Of a DNA stretch of 64,000 nt, positions 9,100-23,699 are shown one piece after another (within the stretch, counting starts at the first letter, position 1; the number at the start of each line of letters is the position of its first letter). The stretch spans positions 13,826,001-13,890,000 of the forward strand of contig OZ176053.1 of assembly GCA_964247055.1 (NCBI GenBank), given 5' to 3'. The stretch comes from Paragordius varius. Its lineage: Eukaryota; Animalia; Nematomorpha. The notes under the pieces are model-generated. The model worked only from the letters and a program-made list of their open reading frames with translations. It was not told where the DNA came from and made no database searches. Both the position numbers and the translations under genes were made by a program.

Positions 9100-10700
9100 T
9101 TTGGGGTGATTATGGAACTACCATAGGGCTACCCAAAAAAAATTATAGTGACATCACCTGATCAAATTTGGATTTAGGTAGCCATTTTTTTTAAAATCGT
9201 ATAAAATAAATTTTTTAAATATTTAAAAAATTTAAAAAAATTACATTTACAGTCCGATCTCAAAAATATTTGGGGTGATTATGGAACTACCATAGGGCTA
9301 CCCAAAAAAAATTATGGCAACATCACCTGATCAAATTTGGATTTTAGGTAGACATTTTAATTTTTAAAATCGTATAAAATAATTTTTTTAAATATTTAAA
9401 AAATTCATAAAAATTACATTTAAAATCCGATCTCAAAAATATTTGGGGTGATGATGGAACCACCATAGGGTTACCCAAAAAAAATTATGGTGACATCACC
9501 AGATCAAATATGTATTTTAGGTAGCCATTTTTATTTTTAAAATCGTATAAAATAAATTTTTTAAATATTTAAAAAATTCATAAAAACTACAATTATAGTC
9601 CGATCTCAAAAATATTTGGGGTGATGATGGAACTACTATAGGGCTATTCAAAAAAAATTATGGCAACATCACCTGAGCAAATTTGGATTTTAGGTAGCCA
9701 TTTTTATTTTTAAAATCGTATAAAATAAATTTTTTAAATATTTAAAAAATTCAAAAAAATTACATTTATACTCCGATCTCGACAATATTTGGGGTGATGA
9801 TGGAACTACCATAGGGCTACCCAAAAAAAATTATAGTGACATCACCTGATCAAATTTGGATTTTAGGTAACCATTTTTTTTAAAATCGTATAAAATAAAT
9901 TTTTTAAATATGTAAAAAATTCATAAAAATTACATTTACAGTCCGATCTCAAAAATATTTGGGGTGATTATGGAACTACCATAGGGCTACTCAAAAAAAA
10001 TTATGGCAACATCACCTGATCAAATTTGGATTTTAGGTAGCCATTTTAATTTTTAAAATCGTATAAAATAATTTTTTTAAATATTTAAAAAATTCATAAA
10101 AATTACATTTAAAGTCCGATCTCAAAAATATTTGGGGTGATGATGGAACCACCATAGGGTTACCCAAAAAAAATTATGGTGACATCACCTGATCAAATAT
10201 GTATTTTGGGTAGCCATTTTTATTTTTTATATCGTAAAAATAAATTTTTTAAATATTTAAAAAATTCATAAAAATTACAATTATAGTCCGATCTCAAAAA
10301 TATTTGGGGTGATGATGGAACTACTATAGGGCTACCCAAAAAAAATTATGGCAACATCACCTGATTAAATTTGGATTTTAGGTAGCCATTTTTATTTTTA
10401 AAATCGTCTAAAATAAATTTTTTAAATATTTAAAAAATTCAAAAAAATTACATTTATACTCCGATCTCGACAATATTTGGGGTGATGATGGAACTACCAT
10501 ATGGCTACCCAAAAAAAATTATAGTGACATCACCTGATCAAATTTGGATTTTAGGTAACCATTTTTTTTAAAATCGTATAAAATAAATTTTTTAAATATT
10601 TAAAAAATTTATAAAAATTACATTTACAGTCCGATCTCAAAAATATTTGGGGTGATTATGGAACTACCATAGGGCTACCCAAAAAAAATTATGGCGACAT
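9100..10700. repeat. Local 4-mer higher-order repeat (about 689 bp)
   Basis: The CCATTTTTTTTAAAATCG deletion variant occurs at 9182, 9871 and 10559. Other private variants (CAAATATGTATTTT, ACAATTATAGTC) recur at the same spacing. Confidence 0.8.
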
Positions 10701-10719
10701 CACCTGATCAAATTTGGAT

Positions 10720-13100
10720 TTTAGGTAGCCATTTTTATTTTTAAAATCGTATAAAATAAATTTTTTAAATATTTAAAAAATCCAAAAAAATTACATTTAT
10801 ACTCCGATCTCGACAATATTTGGGGTGATGATGGAACTACCTTAGGGCTACCCAAAAAAATTATGGTGACATCACCTGATCAAATTTGGATTTTAGTTAG
10901 CCATTTTTATTTTTAAAATCGTATAAAATGGATTTTTTAAATATTTAAAAAATTCATAAAAATTACATTTATATTCCGATCTCAAAAATATTTGGGGTGA
11001 TGATGGAACTACCATAGGGCTACCCAAAAAAAATTATGGTGACATCACCTGATCAAATTTGGATATTAGGTAGCCATTTTTATTTTTAAAATCGTATAAA
11101 AAAATTTTTTTAAATATTTAAAAAATTCATAAAAATTACATTTATACTCCGATCTCGAAAATATTTGGCGTGATGATGGAACTACTATAGGGCTACCCAA
11201 AAAAAATTATGGCGACATCACCTGATTAAATTTGGATTTTAGGTAGCCATTTTTATTTTTAAAATCGTATAAAATAAATTTTTTAAATATTTTAAAATTC
11301 ATAAAAATTACATTTATAGTCCGATCCCCAAAATATTTGGGGTGATGATGGAACTACCATAGGGCTACCCAAAAAAAATTATGGCGACATCACCTGATCA
11401 AATTTGGATTTTAGGTAGCCATTTTTATTTTTAAAATCGTATAAAATAAATTTTTTAAATATTTAAAAAATTCATAAAAATTACATTTATACTCCGATCT
11501 CGAAAATATTTGGGGTGATGATGGAACTACCATAGGGCTACCCAAAAAAAATATGGCGACATCACCTGATCAAATTTGGATTTTAGGTAGCCATTTTTAT
11601 TTTTAAAATCGTATAAAATAAATTTTTCAAATATTTAAAAAATCCAAAAAAATTACATTAACAGTCCCATCTCAAAAATATTTGGGGTGATTATGGAACT
11701 ACCATAGGGCTACCCAAAAAAAATTATGGTAACATCACCTGATTAAATTTGGATTTTAGGTAGCCATTTTTATTTTTAAAATCGTATAAAATAAATTTTT
11801 TAAATATTTAAAAAATTCATAAAAATTACATTTATAGTCCGATCCCCAAAATATTTGGGGTGATGATGGAACTACCATAGGGCTACCCAAAAAAAATTAT
11901 GGCGACATCACCTGATCAAATTTGGATTTTAGGTAGCCATTTTTATTTTTAAAATCGTATAAAATAAATTTTTTAAATATTTAAAAAATCCAAAAAAATT
12001 ACATTTATACTCCGATCTCGACAATATTTGGGGTGATGATGGAACTACCATAGGGCTACCCAAAAAAAATATGGTGACATCACCTGATCAAATTTGGATT
12101 TTAGTTAGCCATTTTTATTTTTAAAATCGTATAAAATAGATTTGTTAAATATTTAAAAAATTCATAAAAATTAGATTTATATTCCGATCTCGAAAATATT
12201 TGGGGTGATGATGGAACTACCATAGGGCTACCCAAAAAAAATTATGGTGACATCACCTGATCAAATTTTGATTTTAGGTAGCCATTTTTATTTTTAAAAT
12301 CGTATAAAAAAATTTTTTTAAATATTTAAAAAATTCATAAAAATTACATTTATACTCCGATCTCGAAAATATTTGGCGTGATGATGGAACTACTATAGGG
12401 CTACCCAAAAAAAATTATGGCGACATCACCTGATCAAATTTGGATTTTAGGTAGCCATTTTTATTTTTAAAATCGTATAAAATAAATTTTTTAAATATTT
12501 AAAAAATTCATAAAAATTACATTTATACTCCGATCTCGAAAATATTTGGGGTGATGATGGAACTACCATAGGGCTACCCAAAAAAAATTATGGTGACATC
12601 ACCTGATCAAATTTGGATTTTAGGTAGCCATTTTTTTTTAAAATCGTATAAAATAAATTTTTTAAATATTTAAAAAATTCATAAAAATTACATTTATACT
12701 CCGATCTCGAAAATATTTGGGGTGATGATGGAACTACCATAGGGCTACCCAAAAAAAAATTATGGTGACATCACCTGATTAAATTTGGATTTTAGGTAGC
12801 CATTTTTATTTTTAAAATCGTATAAAATAATTTTTTAAATATTTAAAAATTCATAAAAATTACATTTATAGTCCGATACCCAAAATATTTGGGGTTATGA
12901 TGGAACTACCATAGGGCTACCCAAAAAAAATTATGGCGACATCACCTGATCAAATTTGGATTTTAGGTAGCCATTTTTATTTTTAAAATCGTATAAAATA
13001 GATTTTTTAAATATTTAAAAAATTCATAAAAATTACATTTATATTCCGATCTCGAAAATATTTGGGGTGATGATGCAACTACCATAGGGCTACCCAAAAA
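10720..13100. repeat. Local 7-mer duplication (1208 bp)
   Basis: TAGTTAGCC at 10894 and 12102; TTTGGCGTGATG (C at 11169 and 12377). Confidence 0.75.
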
Positions 13101-13559
13101 AAATTATGGTGACATCACCTGATCAAATTTGGATTTTAGGTAGCCATTTTTATTTTTAAAATCGTATAAAAAAATTTTTTTAAATATTTAAAAAATTCAT
13201 AAAAATTACATTTATAGTCCGATCCCCAAAATTTTGGGGTGATGATAGAACTACCATAGGGCTACGCAAAAAAAATTATGGCGACATCACCTGATCAAAT
13301 TTGGATTTTAGGTAGCCATTTTTATTTTTAAAATCGTATAAAATAAATTTTTTAAATATTTAAAAAATTCATTAAAATTACATTTATAGTCCGATCCCCA
13401 AAATATTTAGGGTGATGATGGACCTACCATGGGGCTACCCAAAAAAAATAATGGCGACATCACCTGATCAAATTTGGATTTTAGGTGGCCATTTTTATTT
13501 TTAAAATCGTATAAAATAAATTTTTTAAATAATTAAAAAATTCATAAAAATTACATTTA

Positions 13560-14940
13560 TACTCCGATCTCGAAAATATTTGGGATGATGATGGAACTAC
13601 CATAGGGCTACCCAAAAAAAATTATGGTGACATCACCTGATCAAATTTGGATTTTAGGCAGCCATTTTTATTTTTAAAATCGTATAAAATATATTTTTTA
13701 AATATTTAAAAAATTCATAAAAATTACATTTATACTCCGATCTCGAAAATATTTGGGGTGATGATGGAACTACTATAGGGCTACCCAAAAAAATTATGGC
13801 GACATCACCTGATCAAATTTGGATTTTAGGTAGTCATTTTTATTTTTAAAATCGTATAAAATAAATTTTTTAAATATTTAAAAAATTCATAAAAATTACA
13901 TTTATACTCCGATCTCGAAAATATTTGGGGTGATGATGGAACTACCATAGGGCTACCCAAAAAAAATTATGGTGACATCACCTGATCAAATTTGGATTTT
14001 ATTTAGCCATTTTTATTTTTAAAATCGTATAAAATAAATTTTTTAAATATTTAAAAAATTCATAAAAATTACATTTATACTCCGATCTCGAAAATATTTG
14101 GGGTGATGATGGAACTACCATAGGACTACCCAAAAAAAATTATGGTGACATCACCTGATTAAATTTGGATTTTAGGTAGCCATTTTTATTTTTAAAATCG
14201 TATAAAATAAATTTTTTAAATATTTAAAAAATTCATAAAAATTACATTTATAGTCCGATCCCCAAAATATTTGGGGTGATGATGGAACTACCATAGGGCT
14301 ACCCAAAAAAATTATGGTGACATCACCTGATCAAATTTGGATTTTAGGCAGCCATTTTTATTTTTAAAATCGTATAAAATATATTTTTTAAATATTTAAA
14401 AAATTCATAAAAATTACATTTATACTCCGATCTCGAAAATATTTGGGGTGATGATGGAACTACTATAGGGCTACCCAAAAAAAATTATGGCGACATCACC
14501 TGATCAAATTTGGATTTTAGGTAGCCATTTTTATTTTTAAAATCGTATAAAATAAATTTTTTAAATATTTAAAAAATTCATAAAAATTACATTTATACTC
14601 CGATCTCGAAAATATTTGGGGTGATGATGGAACTACCATAGGGCTACCCAAAAAAATTATGGTGACATCACCTGATCAAATTTGGATTTTATTTAGCCAT
14701 TTTTATTTTTAAAATCGTATAAAATAAATTTTTTAAATATTTAAAAAATTCATAAAAATTACATTTATACTCCGATCTCGAAAATATTTGGGGTGATGAT
14801 GGAACTACCATAGGACTACCCAAAAAAAATTATGGTGACATCACCTGATTAAATTTGGATTTTAGGTAGCCATTTTTATTTTTAAAATCGTATAAAATAA
14901 ATTTTTTAAATATTTAAAAAATTCATAAAAATTACATTTA
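13560..14940. repeat. Local 4-mer duplication (690 bp)
   Basis: TAGGCAGCC at 13655/14345, ATTTAGCC at 14001/14691, TAGGACTACC at 14121/14811. Confidence 0.9.
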
Positions 14941-15209
14941 TAATCCGATCCCCAAAATATTTGGGGTGATGATGGAACTACCATAGGGCTACCCAAAAAA
15001 AATTATGGCGACATCACCTGATCAAATTTGGATTTTAGGTAGCCATTTTTATTTTTAAAATCGTATAAAATAAATTTTTTAAATATTTAAAAAATTCATA
15101 AAAATTACATTTATAATCCGATCCCCAAAATATTTGGGGTGATGATGGAACTACCATAGGGCTACCCAAAAAAAATTATGGCGACATCACCTGATCAAAT
15201 TTGGATTTT

Positions 15210-18200
15210 AGGTAGCCATTTTTATTTTTAAAATCGTATAAAATAAATTTTTTAAATATTTAAAAAATTCATAAAAATTACATTTATACTTCGATCTCGA
15301 AAATATTTGGGGTGATGATGGAACCACCATAGGGCTACCCAAAAAAAATTATAGTGACATCACCTGATCAAATTTGAATTTTAGGTAGCCATTTTTATTT
15401 TTAATATCGTATAAAATAAATTTTTTAAATATTTAAACAAAAAAATTACATTTATACTCCGACCTCGACAATATTTGGGGTGAGGATGGAACTACCATAG
15501 GGCTCCCAAAAAAAATTATGGCGACATCACCTGATCAAATTTGGATTTTAGGTAGCCATTTTTATTTTTGAAATCGTATAAAATAAATTTTTTAAATATT
15601 TAAAAAATTCATAAAAATTACATTTATACTCCGATCTCGAAAATATTTGGGGTGATGATGGAACTACCATAGGGCTACCCAAAAAAAATTATGGTGACAT
15701 CACCTGATCAAATTTGGATTTTAGGTAGCCATTTTTATTTTTAAAATCGTATAAAATAAATTTTTTAAATATTTAAAAAATTCATAAAAATTACATTTAT
15801 ACTCCGATCTCGACAATATTTGGGGTGATGATGAAACTACCATAGGGCTACGCAAAAAAAATTATGGCGACATCACCTGATCAAATTTGGATTTTAGGTA
15901 GCCATTTTTATTTTTAAAATCGTATAAAATAAATTTTTTAAATATTAAAAAAATTCAAAAAAATTCAAAAAAATTACATTTATACTCCGATCTCGACAAT
16001 ATTTGGGGTGATGATGGAACTACCATAGGGCTACCCAAAAAAAATTATGGTGACATCACCTGGTCAAATTTGGATTTTAGGTAGCCATTTTTATTTTTAA
16101 AATCGTATAAAATAAATTTTTTAAATATTTAAAAAATTCATAAAAATTACATTTATACTCCGATCTCGAAAATATTTGGGGTGATGATGGAACTACCATA
16201 GGGCTACCCAAAAAAAATTATAGTGACATCACCTGATCAAATTTGGATTTTAGGTAGCCATTTTTATTTTTAAAATCGTATAAAATAAATTTTTTAAATA
16301 TTTAAAAAATTCATAAAAATTACATTTATACTCCGATCTCGAAAATATTTGGGTTGATGATGGAACTACCATAGGGCTACCCAAAAAAAATTATGGTGAC
16401 ATCACCTGATCAAATTTGGATTTTAGGTAGCCATTTTTATTTTTAAAATCGTATCAAATAATTTTTTTAAATATTTAAAAAATTCATAAAAATTACATTT
16501 ATAGTCCGATCCCCAAAATATTTGGGGTGATGATGAAACTACCATAGGGCTACGCAAAAAAAATTAGGCGACATCACCTGATCAAATTTGAATTTTAGGT
16601 AGCCATTTTTATTTTTAAAATTGTATAAAATAAATTTTTTAAATATTAAAAAAATTCAAAAAAATTACATTTATACTCCGATCTCGACAATATTTGGGGT
16701 GATGATGGAACTACCATAGGGCTACCCAAAAAAAATTATGGTGACATCACCTGATCAAATTTGGATTTTAGGTAGCCATTTTTATTTTTAAAATCGTATA
16801 AAATAAATTTTTTAAATATTTAAAAAATTTATAAAAATTACATTTATACTCCGATCTCGAAAATATTTGGGGTGATGATGGAACTACCATAGGGCTGCCC
16901 AAAAAAAATTATAGTGACATCACCTGATCAAATTTGGATTTTAGGTAGCCATTTTTATTTTTAAAATCGTATAAAATAAATTTTTTAAATATTTAAAAAA
17001 TTCATAAAAATTACATTTATACTCCGATCTCGAAAATATTTGGGGTGATGATGGAACTACCATAGGGCTACCCAAAAAAAATTATAGTGACATCACCTGA
17101 TCAAATTTGGATTTTAGGTAGCCATTTTTATTTTTAAAAGCGTATAAAATATATTTTTGAAATATTTAAAAAATTCATAAAAATTACATTTATACTTCGA
17201 TCTCGAAAATATTTGGGGTGATGATGGAACCACCATAGGGCTACCCAAAAAAAATTATAGTGACATCACCTGATCAAATTTGAATTTTAGGTAGCCATTT
17301 TTATTTTTAAAATCGTATAAAATAAATTTTTTAAATATTTAAAAAATTCATAAAAATTACATTTATACTCCGATCTCGAAAATATTTGGGGTGATGATGG
17401 AACTACTATAGGGCTACCCAAAAAAAATTATGGCGACATTACCTGATCAAATTTGGATTTTAGGTAGCCATTTTTATTTTTAATATCGTATAAAATAAAT
17501 TTTTTAAATATTTAAACAAAAAAATTACATTTATACTCCGACCTCGACAATATTTGGGGTGAGGATGGAACTACCATAGGGCTCCCAAAAAAAATTATGG
17601 CGACATCACCTGATCAAATTTGGATTTTAGGTAGCCATTTTTATTTTTGAAATCGTATAAAATAAATTTTTTAAATATTTAAAAAATTCATAAAAATTAC
17701 ATTTATACTCCGATCTCGAAAATATTTGGGGTGATGATGGAACTACCATAGGGCTACCCAAAAAAAATTATGGTGACATCACCTGATCAAATTTGGATTT
17801 TAGGCCATTTTTATTTTTAAAATCGTATAAAATAAATTTTTTAAATATTTAAAAAATTCATAAAAATTACATTTATACTCCGATCTCGACAATATTTGGG
17901 GTGATGATGAAACTACCATAGGGCTACGCAAAAAAAATTATGGCGACATCACCTGATCAAATTTGGATTTTAGGTAGCCATTTTTATTTTTAAAATCGTA
18001 TAAAATAAATTTTTTAAATATTAAAAAAATTCAAAAAAATTACATTTATACTCCGATCTCGACAATATTTGGGGTGATGATGGAACTACCATAGGGCTAC
18101 CCAAAAAAAATTATGGTGACATCACCTGATCAAATTTGGATTTTAGGTAGCCATTTTTATTTTTAAAATCGTATAAAATAAATTTTTTAAATATTTAAAA

Positions 18201-21200
18201 AATTCATAAAAATTACATTTATACTCCGATCTCGAAAATATTTGGGGTGATGATGGAACTACCATAGGGCTACCCAAAAAAAATTATAGTGACATCACCT
18301 GATCAAATTTGGATTTTAGGTAGCCATTTTTATTTTTAAAATCGTATAAAATAAATTTTTTAAATATTTAAAAAATTCATAAAAATTACATTTATACTCC
18401 GATCTCGAAAATATTTGGGTTGATGATGGAACTACCATAGGGCTACCCAAAAAAAATTATGGTGACATCACCTGATCAAATTTGGATTTTAGGTAGCCAT
18501 TTTTATTTTTAAAATCGTATAAAATAATTTTTTTAAATATTTAAAAAATTCATAAAAATTACATTTATAGTCCGATCCCCAAAATATTTGGGGTGATGAT
18601 GAAACTACCATAGGGCTACGCAAAAAAAATTATGGCGACATCACCTGATCAAATTTGAATTTTAGGTAGCCATTTTTATTTTTAAAATTGTATAAAATAA
18701 ATTTTTTAAATATTAAAAAAATTCAAAAAAATTACATTTATACTCCGATCTCGACAATATTTGGGGTGATGATGGAACTACCATAGGGCTACCCAAAAAA
18801 ATTATGGTGATATCACCTGATCAAATTTGGATTTTAGGTAGCCATTTTTATTTTTAAAATCGTATAAAATAAATTTTTTAAATATTTAAAAAATTTATAA
18901 AAATTACATTTATACTCCGATCTCGAAAATATTTGGGGTGATGATGGAACTACCATAGGGCTGCCCAAAAAAAATTATAGTGACATCACCTGATCAAATT
19001 TGGATTTTAGGTAGCCATTTTTATTTTTAAAATCGTATAAAATAAATTTTTTAAATATTTAAAAAATTCATAAAAATTACATTTATACTCCGATCTCGAA
19101 AATATTTGGGGTGATGATGGAACTACCATAGGGCTACCCAAAAAAAATTATAGTGACATCACCTGATCAAATTTGGATTTTAGGTAGCCATTTTTATTTT
19201 TAAAATCGTATAAAATATATTTTTGAAATATTTAAAAAATTCATAAAAATTACATTTATACTCCGATCTCGAAAATATTTGGGGTGATGATGGAACTACC
19301 ATAGGGCTACCCAAAAAAAATTATAGTGACATCACCTGATCAAATTTGGATTTTAGGTAGCCATTTTTATTTTTAAAATCGTATAAAATATATTTTTGAA
19401 ATATTTAAAAAATTCATAAAAATTACATTTATACTTCGATCTCGAAAATATTTGGGGTGATGATGGAACCACCATAGGGCTACCCAAAAAAAATTATAGT
19501 GATATCACCTGATCAAATTTGAATTTTAGGTAGCCATTTTTATTTTTAAAATCGTATAAAATAAATTTTTTAAATATTTAAAAAATTCATAAAAATTACA
19601 TTTATACTCCGATCTCGAAAATATTTGGGGTGATGATGGAACTACTATAGGGCTACCCAAAAAAAATTATGGCGACATTACCTGATCAAATTTGGATTTT
19701 AGGTAGCCATTTTTATTTTTAATATCGTATAAAATAAATTTTTTAAATATTTAAACAAAAAAATTACATTTATACTCCGACCTCGACAATATTTGGGGTG
19801 AGGATGGAACTACCATAGGGCTCCCAAAAAAAATTATGGCGACATCACCTGATCAAATTTGGATTTTAGGTAGCCATTTTTATTTTTGAAATCGTATAAA
19901 ATAAATTTTTTAAATATTTAAAAAATTCATAAAAATTACATTTATACTCCGATCTCGAAAATATTTGGGGTGATGATGGAACTACCATAGGGCTACCCAA
20001 AAAAAATTATGGTGACATCACCTGATCAAATTTGGATTTTAGGCCATTTTTATTTTTAAAATCGTATAAAATAAATTTTTTAAATATTTAAAAAATTCAT
20101 AAAAATTACATTTATACTCCGATCTCGACAATATTTGGGGTGATGATGAAACTACCATAGGGCTACGCAAAAAAAATTATGGCGACATCACCTGATCAAA
20201 TTTGGATTTTAGGTAGCCATTTTTATTTTTAAAATCGTATAAAATAAATTTTTTAAATATTAAAAAAATTCAAAAAAATTACATTTATACTCCGATCTCG
20301 ACAATATTTGGGGTGATGATGGAACTACCATAGGGCTACCCAAAAAAAATTATGGTGACATCACCTGATCAAATTTGGATTTTAGGTAGCCATTTTTATT
20401 TTTAAAATCGTATAAAATAAATTTTTTAAATATTTAAAAAATTCATAAAAATTACATTTATACTCCGATCTCGAAAATATTTGGGGTGATGATGGAACTA
20501 CCATAGGGCTACCCAAAAAAAATTATAGTGACATCACCTGATCAAATTTGGATTTTAGGTAGCCATTTTTATTTTTAAAATCGTATAAAATAAATTTTTT
20601 AAATATTTAAAAAATTCATAAAAATTACATTTATACTCCGATCTCGAAAATATTTGGGTTGATGATGGAACTACCATAGGGCTACCCAAAAAAAATTATG
20701 GTGACATCACCTGATCAAATTTGGATTTTAGGTAGCCATTTTTATTTTTAAAATCGTATAAAATAATTTTTTTAAATATTTAAAAAATTCATAAAAATTA
20801 CATTTATAGTCCGATCCCCAAAATATTTGGGGTGATGATGAAACTACCATAGGGCTACGCAAAAAAAATTATGGCGACATCACCTGATCAAATTTGAATT
20901 TTAGGTAGCCATTTTTATTTTTAAAATTGTATAAAATAAATTTTTTAAATATTAAAAAAATTCAAAAAAATTACATTTATACTCCGATCTCGACAATATT
21001 TGGGGTGATGATGGAACTACCATAGGGCTACCCAAAAAAATTATGGTGATATCACCTGATCAAATTTGGATTTTAGGTAGCCATTTTTATTTTTAAAATC
21101 GTATAAAATAAATTTTTTAAATATTTAAAAAATTTATAAAAATTACATTTATACTCCGATCTCGAAAATATTTGGGGTGATGATGGAACTACCATAGGGC

Positions 21201-21480
21201 TGCCCAAAAAAAATTATAGTGACATCACCTGATCAAATTTGGATTTTAGGTAGCCATTTTTATTTTTAAAATCGTATAAAATAAATTTTTTAAATATTTA
21301 AAAAATTCATAAAAATTACATTTATACTCCGATCTCGAAAATATTTGGGGTGATGATGGAACTACCATAGGGCTACCCAAAAAAAATTATAGTGACATCA
21401 CCTGATCAAATTTGGATTTTAGGTAGCCATTTTTATTTTTAAAATCGTATAAAATATATTTTTGAAATATTTAAAAAATT
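15210..21480. repeat. 12/13-mer higher-order repeat, about 3 copies
   Basis: GACCTCGAC marker at 15461, 17540 and 19779; GGGCTGCCC at 16895, 18961 and 21200; TAGGCCATT deletion at 17801 and 20040. Confidence 0.9.
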
Positions 21481-23699
21481 CATAAAAATTACATTTATAG
21501 TCCGATCCCCAAAATATTTGGGGTGATGATGGAACAACCATAGGGCTACCCAAAAAAAAATATGGTGACAATACCTGATCAAATTTGGATTTTAGGTAGC
21601 CATTTTTATTTTTAAAATCGTATAAAATATATTTTTGAAATATTTAAAAAATTCATAAAAATTACATTTATCCTCCGATCTCGACAATATTTGGGGTGAT
21701 GATAGAACAACTATAGGGCTACCCAAAATAAATTATGGCGACATCACCTGATCAAATTTGGATTTTAGGTAGCCATTTTTATTTTTAAAATCGTATAAAA
21801 TAAATTTTTTAAATATTTAAAAAATTCATAAAAATTACATTTATACTCCGATCTCGAAAATATTTGGGGTGATGATGGAACTACCATAGGACCCAAAAAA
21901 AATTATGGTGACATCACCTGATCAAATTTGGATTTTAGGTAGCCATTTTTATTTTTAAAATCGTATAAAATAAATTTTTTAAATATTAAAAAAATTCAAA
22001 AAAATTACATTTATACTCCGATCTCGACAATATTTGGGGTGATGATGGAACTACCATAGGGCACCCAAAAAAAATTATGGTGACATCACCTGATCAAATT
22101 TGGATTTTAGGTAGCCATTTTTATTTTTAAAATCGTATAAAATAAATTTTTTAAATATTTAAAAAATTCATAAAAATTACATTTATACTCCGATCTCGAA
22201 AATATTTGGGGTGATGATGGAACTACCATAGGGCTACCCAAAAAAAATTATAGTGATTCACCTGATCAAATTTCGATTTTAGGTAGCCATTTTTATTTTT
22301 AAAATCGTATAAAATAAATTTTTTAAATATTTAAAAAATTCATAAAAATTACATTTATACTCCGATCTCGAAAATATTTGGGGTGATGATGGAACTACCA
22401 TAGGGCTACCCAAAAAAAATTATGGTGACATCACCTGATCAAATTTGGATTTTAGGTAGCCATTTTTATTTTTAAAATCGTATAAAATAAATTTTTTAAA
22501 TATTTAAAAAATTCATAAAAATTACATTTATACTCCGATCTCGAAAATATTTGGGGTGATGATGGAACTACCATAGGGCTACCCAAAAAAAATTATGGTG
22601 ACATCACCTGATCAAATTTGGATTTTAGGTAGCCATTTTTATTTTTAAAATCGTATAAAATAAATTTTTTAAATATTTAAAAAATTCATAAAAATTACAT
22701 TTATAGTCCGATCCCCAAAATATTTGGGGTGATGATGGAACTACCATAGGGCTACCCAAAAAAATTATAGTGACATCACCTGATCAAATTTGGATTTTAG
22801 GTAGCCATTTTTATTTTTAAAATCGTATAAAATAAATTTTTTAAATATTTAAAAAATTCATAAAAATTACATTTATAGTCCGATCCCCAAATTATTTGGG
22901 GTGATGATGGAACTACCATAGGGCTACCCAAAAAATATATGGTGACATCACCTGATCAAATTTGGATTTTAGGTAGCCATTTTTATTTTTAAAATCGTAT
23001 AAAATAAATTTTTTAAATATTTAAAAAATTCATAAAAATTACATTTATACTCCGATCTCGAAAATATTTGGGGTGATGATGGAACTACCATAGGGCTACC
23101 CAAAAAAAATTATGGTGACATCACCTGATCAAATTTGGATTTTAGGTAGCCATTTTTATTTTTAAAATCGTATAAAATAAATTTTTTAAATATTTAAAAA
23201 ATTCATAAAAATTACATTTATAGTCCGATCCCCAAAATATTTGGGGTGATGATGGAACTACCATAGGGCTACCCAAAAAAATTATAGTGACATCACCTGA
23301 TCAAATTTGGATTTTAGGTAGCCATTTTTATTTTTAAAATCGTATAAAATAAATTTTTTAAATATTTAAAAAATTCATAAAAATTACATTTATAGTCCGA
23401 TCCCCAAAATATTTGGGGTGATGATGGAACTACCATAGGGCTACCCAAAAAAATTATAGTGACATCACCTGATCAAATTTGGATTTTAGGTAGCCATTTT
23501 TATTTTTAAAATCGTATAAATTAAATTTTTTAAATATTTAAAAAATTCATAAAAATTACATTTATACTCCGATCTCGAAAATATTTGGGGTGATGATGGA
23601 ACTACCATAGGGCTACCCAAAAAAAATTATAGTGACATCACCTGATCAAATTTGGATTTTAGGTAGCCATTTTTATTTTTAAAATCGTATAAAATAAAT

